A DNA stretch of 64,000 nucleotides, from contig NOWV01000016.1 in the NCBI GenBank assembly GCA_003344405.1, positions 806,001 to 870,000 on the forward strand, read 5' to 3'. The notes below the pieces were generated by a model. It saw nothing but the letters and a program-made list of their open reading frames with translations. It did no database searches and had not been told where the DNA came from. How positions within the stretch are numbered: position 1 is the first letter of the stretch; every line of letters begins with the position of its first letter. Positions 60,916 to 64,000 of this stretch are shown one piece after another. The stretch comes from Trichoplax sp. H2. Taxonomy: Eukaryota. The translations under genes and the position numbers were made by a program.

Positions 60916-61600
60916 TATTTATTCCAGACTGTAATTCATCTAAAACACAAGTAAAATGAATTTCGTGCTAACTAAATTTATGCTGCAGAACTCTTTTAAG
61001 TCACGGTTTAATCCACAGCATCTCTGCCAAAGCAAATCCTAGCCAAGATCTCAAAGTAGCAGGCAGGCGCACCGGGATGAAAAGTCCAAGCTAGTCCAGT
61101 ACGGAACGGTACCGTACTGGACTGGACCGGACCGGACAGGTACCGTTCTGGACTGGACTAAATAGTTCAAGTGCTCAACAGCCGAACCTTGCAAAAAAAG
61201 TGCGGTATAAATTATTATTCGAGTACTGCAGTTCTTAACACTTTACTGTCAACAGCAGTATTAGAGGATAGCTTATTACTGTAGCCAGCAACCAACTTGC
61301 TCAACTCGTGGCCTGGTAAAATTGCAGGATACTTGCTGGCTAATTGCAGACTTGCAGCTGCCTTGATTCAAATCAAGGCCGTAAGATATTGAATAGATAG
61401 AGTAAATAGAATAGACTCCTGTGATAGGAAGAATACAGTAGCTCAAAATAGCTAATACAAGCTACGATTTTATAGAAAGTGCTGATTAATTGACTGCATA
61501 GTAACAACTTGTAGCTTGCTTATTCATCCCTTAGTCGTTTAGGTGTGCCTGTGCAGCTGTGCTCCAATATTCCTACGATATTCTAAACGATTGGTATACG

Positions 61601-62539
61601 ATGGCTGCAATAGATTCCCTTAAAGCGCATTCACAATATTTAAATACTGCACTAGAGCTAATACCAGCTAAGATTTATTTTAGCAATGATGGAATTAAAG
61701 AAAAATACTGGCGTAAGGAGAAACGGAAGAGTAATTCACAACAAAATAAAGCTGCAGCAAAACTAAGCAAAAAGTTAAAGCTAGATCCAGCTCAACACAA
61801 GAGTAATTTGGACATAGCCAAAGAACGAGACGAGCAGGAAAAGATCTCTAAATCTGTTGCAAGTGATGAGGAAATCGAACAATCGCCAGTAAAAGCAGCA
61901 GGTTCGGACGTGAACTCTGTTAAGCTTGCTTTTCGGAATAAATTACATCAATTAGAAAAGAAACGGAAAAAAACGTCGCAAAATGATACAGCAATGACTA
62001 CTAAAATCAAGAAGAGACGAGAAGATAGTCGGAAGAAGGCTAAAAAGACCAAGAAGGTTGCACCTGCTCAATCTAATATCTCGAAAAGTCAACAATCGAA
62101 TAATGATGATCAAAATAGCGCAAAGAGTAATAAATTACTTTATAGCAAGTTTGAAATTGATAAGCAAGTTTCTAGTAATCCGAAAGTCAAGAAAAAGAAA
62201 AAGGACCTTCAGCAAATGCTTAAATCTATCGAAGATAAAGAAGCCAAAATGAAAGAAATAGCTAAAACCGACAAAGCAAAAGCGACGGAACTGAAGGATA
62301 AGATGGTATGGAAGAGCGCTATAGAAAAGGCGAGGGGTAATAGAGTCAAGGATGATCCTAAATTGTTAAGAAAGACTATTAAGCGTCAAGAGCAAAAGAA
62401 AGAAAAAAGTAAAAAGGATTGGAATAATAGAGTGCAAGCACAGCAGAACGCCATGAAGGAACGTCAGAAGAAACGAAAAGCTAATATTAAAGAGAGAGTA
62501 CAACGTAAAAAGGTGAAGAAAATCAAGAAAGCAAAGTAA
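61601..62539 (+). CDS. SURF6: Surfeit locus protein 6 (nucleolar, Rrp14-like), single coding exon; probable 5'UTR intron 61381-61542
   Basis: N-terminal HSQYLNTALELIPAKIYF..KLKLDP, Lys-rich body, and C-terminal YSKFE, WKSAIEKARGNRVKDDPKLLRKTIKR..KSKKDWNNR...RQKKRKANIKER. First in-frame ATG at 61601. Confidence 0.93.
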   Translation: MAAIDSLKAHSQYLNTALELIPAKIYFSNDGIKEKYWRKEKRKSNSQQNKAAAKLSKKLKLDPAQHKSNLDIAKERDEQEKISKSVASDEEIEQSPVKAAGSDVNSVKLAFRNKLHQLEKKRKKTSQNDTAMTTKIKKRREDSRKKAKKTKKVAPAQSNISKSQQSNNDDQNSAKSNKLLYSKFEIDKQVSSNPKVKKKKKDLQQMLKSIEDKEAKMKEIAKTDKAKATELKDKMVWKSAIEKARGNRVKDDPKLLRKTIKRQEQKKEKSKKDWNNRVQAQQNAMKERQKKRKANIKERVQRKKVKKIKKAK

Positions 62540-64000
62540 AAGTTTAATGCATTGATTGGATTATTTTAATCTTCATCATTAAATTAATGTGGATTTAATA
62601 CTTCAAATGAAAGTTAATTTGTTAAGTCATTTCTGAAATTTTATGCATAACTAGATCTGAGATATGTCAATTTTCATAATATAATGTATTGATGCAGGAG
62701 ATACGTGTACATACATGTTAAGCAGTATTGCTGGTGGAAATACACACGTAATTTAAAATCTTAAATTAATTGCATGTTGAGAATAGTAAAATAGCTTAAG
62801 CGGTAGAGGATTATATAAAACTAACATCGAACGTCATAATTGTGCACCTTTTGTGAATGAAAGCTCTTGCGAGTGGTTGCCATCTATCGTTATAATACGC
62901 TTTTAGTTATCACTTCCTGGTGTTGAAGGTTAACAATCTATGTAAAAAACAGAGATCAAGCCTGCTCAAAATGCTCATACTGGACAGTGTGTTATCCACA
63001 ACACTCTTTGTTTTGAGTCTTTCGTTCAGAAACAGTTTTGCTCGCTTTGATATAAGGACGGATTAGATATAATCATATAAATGTTGATGCAAAGTTCCCT
63101 CACCTCTTTTAATGTTATCTTACTAGTTTAAAGTAACTGCTTTATTTCAATATTTCATGAAGCTAATCTTGCCTAGTTTGCTGATCATGCTAGCTATCTA
63201 AGCCTAATGTAAATGTTTATCACCGAGGATCGCACTGCTAGCTTACTAGAGTTACTGTACACTACATTCTGCAAACGAATGAGTCATGAAGCAGTCAGAT
63301 TTAAGAATTTACTCCTTTTTTATAACGTTTTGCTACTCCTTGATGTAATCTACGATATGAATGGTACTAACGATGCGGATTTCTTGTTATGCATGAGCGC
63401 ATTATGAATACGTACATTAAGGCTGCACGATTAGCAGCACGAAGTTTGATTTATATGATATCGGTTTACTGTTAAGAAAATTTTTTAAGGCTGAAGATCA
63501 AATCGTAATGTGCAATCTATATCAAGAATACAGAATTATCTACTCATCCTGCATCCTTCAGCAATCTTATCTGAAAGTTGTTAGCGAATTATTGGATAAA
63601 ACTCTATTACTATATATAATATCATGTCTTACATGCTTACCTCTGTAAGTACTCATTGTTAGTTTGTCGCCCATAGTGGTGCAAATAAATCAATATCCAT
63701 GGTTTATAAATAGCGTACCTATTAGCATGATGCATAAAGCAACTAAAAATTCTGTGGTTTATTTTAACCGCCAAACGTTAATTAACAAACGCAAGGTAAT
63801 GAATATTTTTTCTTATTCCATTCCTTTATATTTGATTCGCAAATAGGGTTTGAGGCTATTATTAAGTAATTTGAATTAGATTCTTGCTATACCTTCAGGA
63901 ATAAGATACTTAATACGGCACAGTAGGTGTCTATTGCCTGCGATACTGGAAAGGTTTGTCCTTCTCGATATTTGACAATATTAAAAGGCTATCTCAGATA

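Overview
AT-rich, intron-dense animal genomic DNA with short GT-AG introns. The RXR protein and overall style point to a placozoan (Trichoplax-like); that assignment is an inference. I rebuilt ten protein-coding genes by eye from splice sites and reading frame: a transcobalamin/intrinsic-factor-family cobalamin-binding protein (probably type II membrane-anchored), SARDH, DTWD1, an orphan secreted protein with seven ~33-aa helical repeats, RXR, RCL1, ABCC10/MRP7, MRPS16, ECHDC1 and SURF6. About 21.4-39.7 kb has no intact gene. It holds two gap-flanked duplications (probably uncollapsed alleles), a palindromic 82-bp minisatellite and a possible decayed LRR gene. The most unusual signal is in the introns of MRPS16, ECHDC1, ABCC10, RXR, DTWD1 and SARDH. 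Many begin with a decayed, collinear copy of the coding sequence that follows them, and some end with a copy of the preceding exon end. In several cases the echo crosses the next exon-exon junction, so it matches the spliced mRNA rather than the genome. These alignments are by eye and need a statistical null test.
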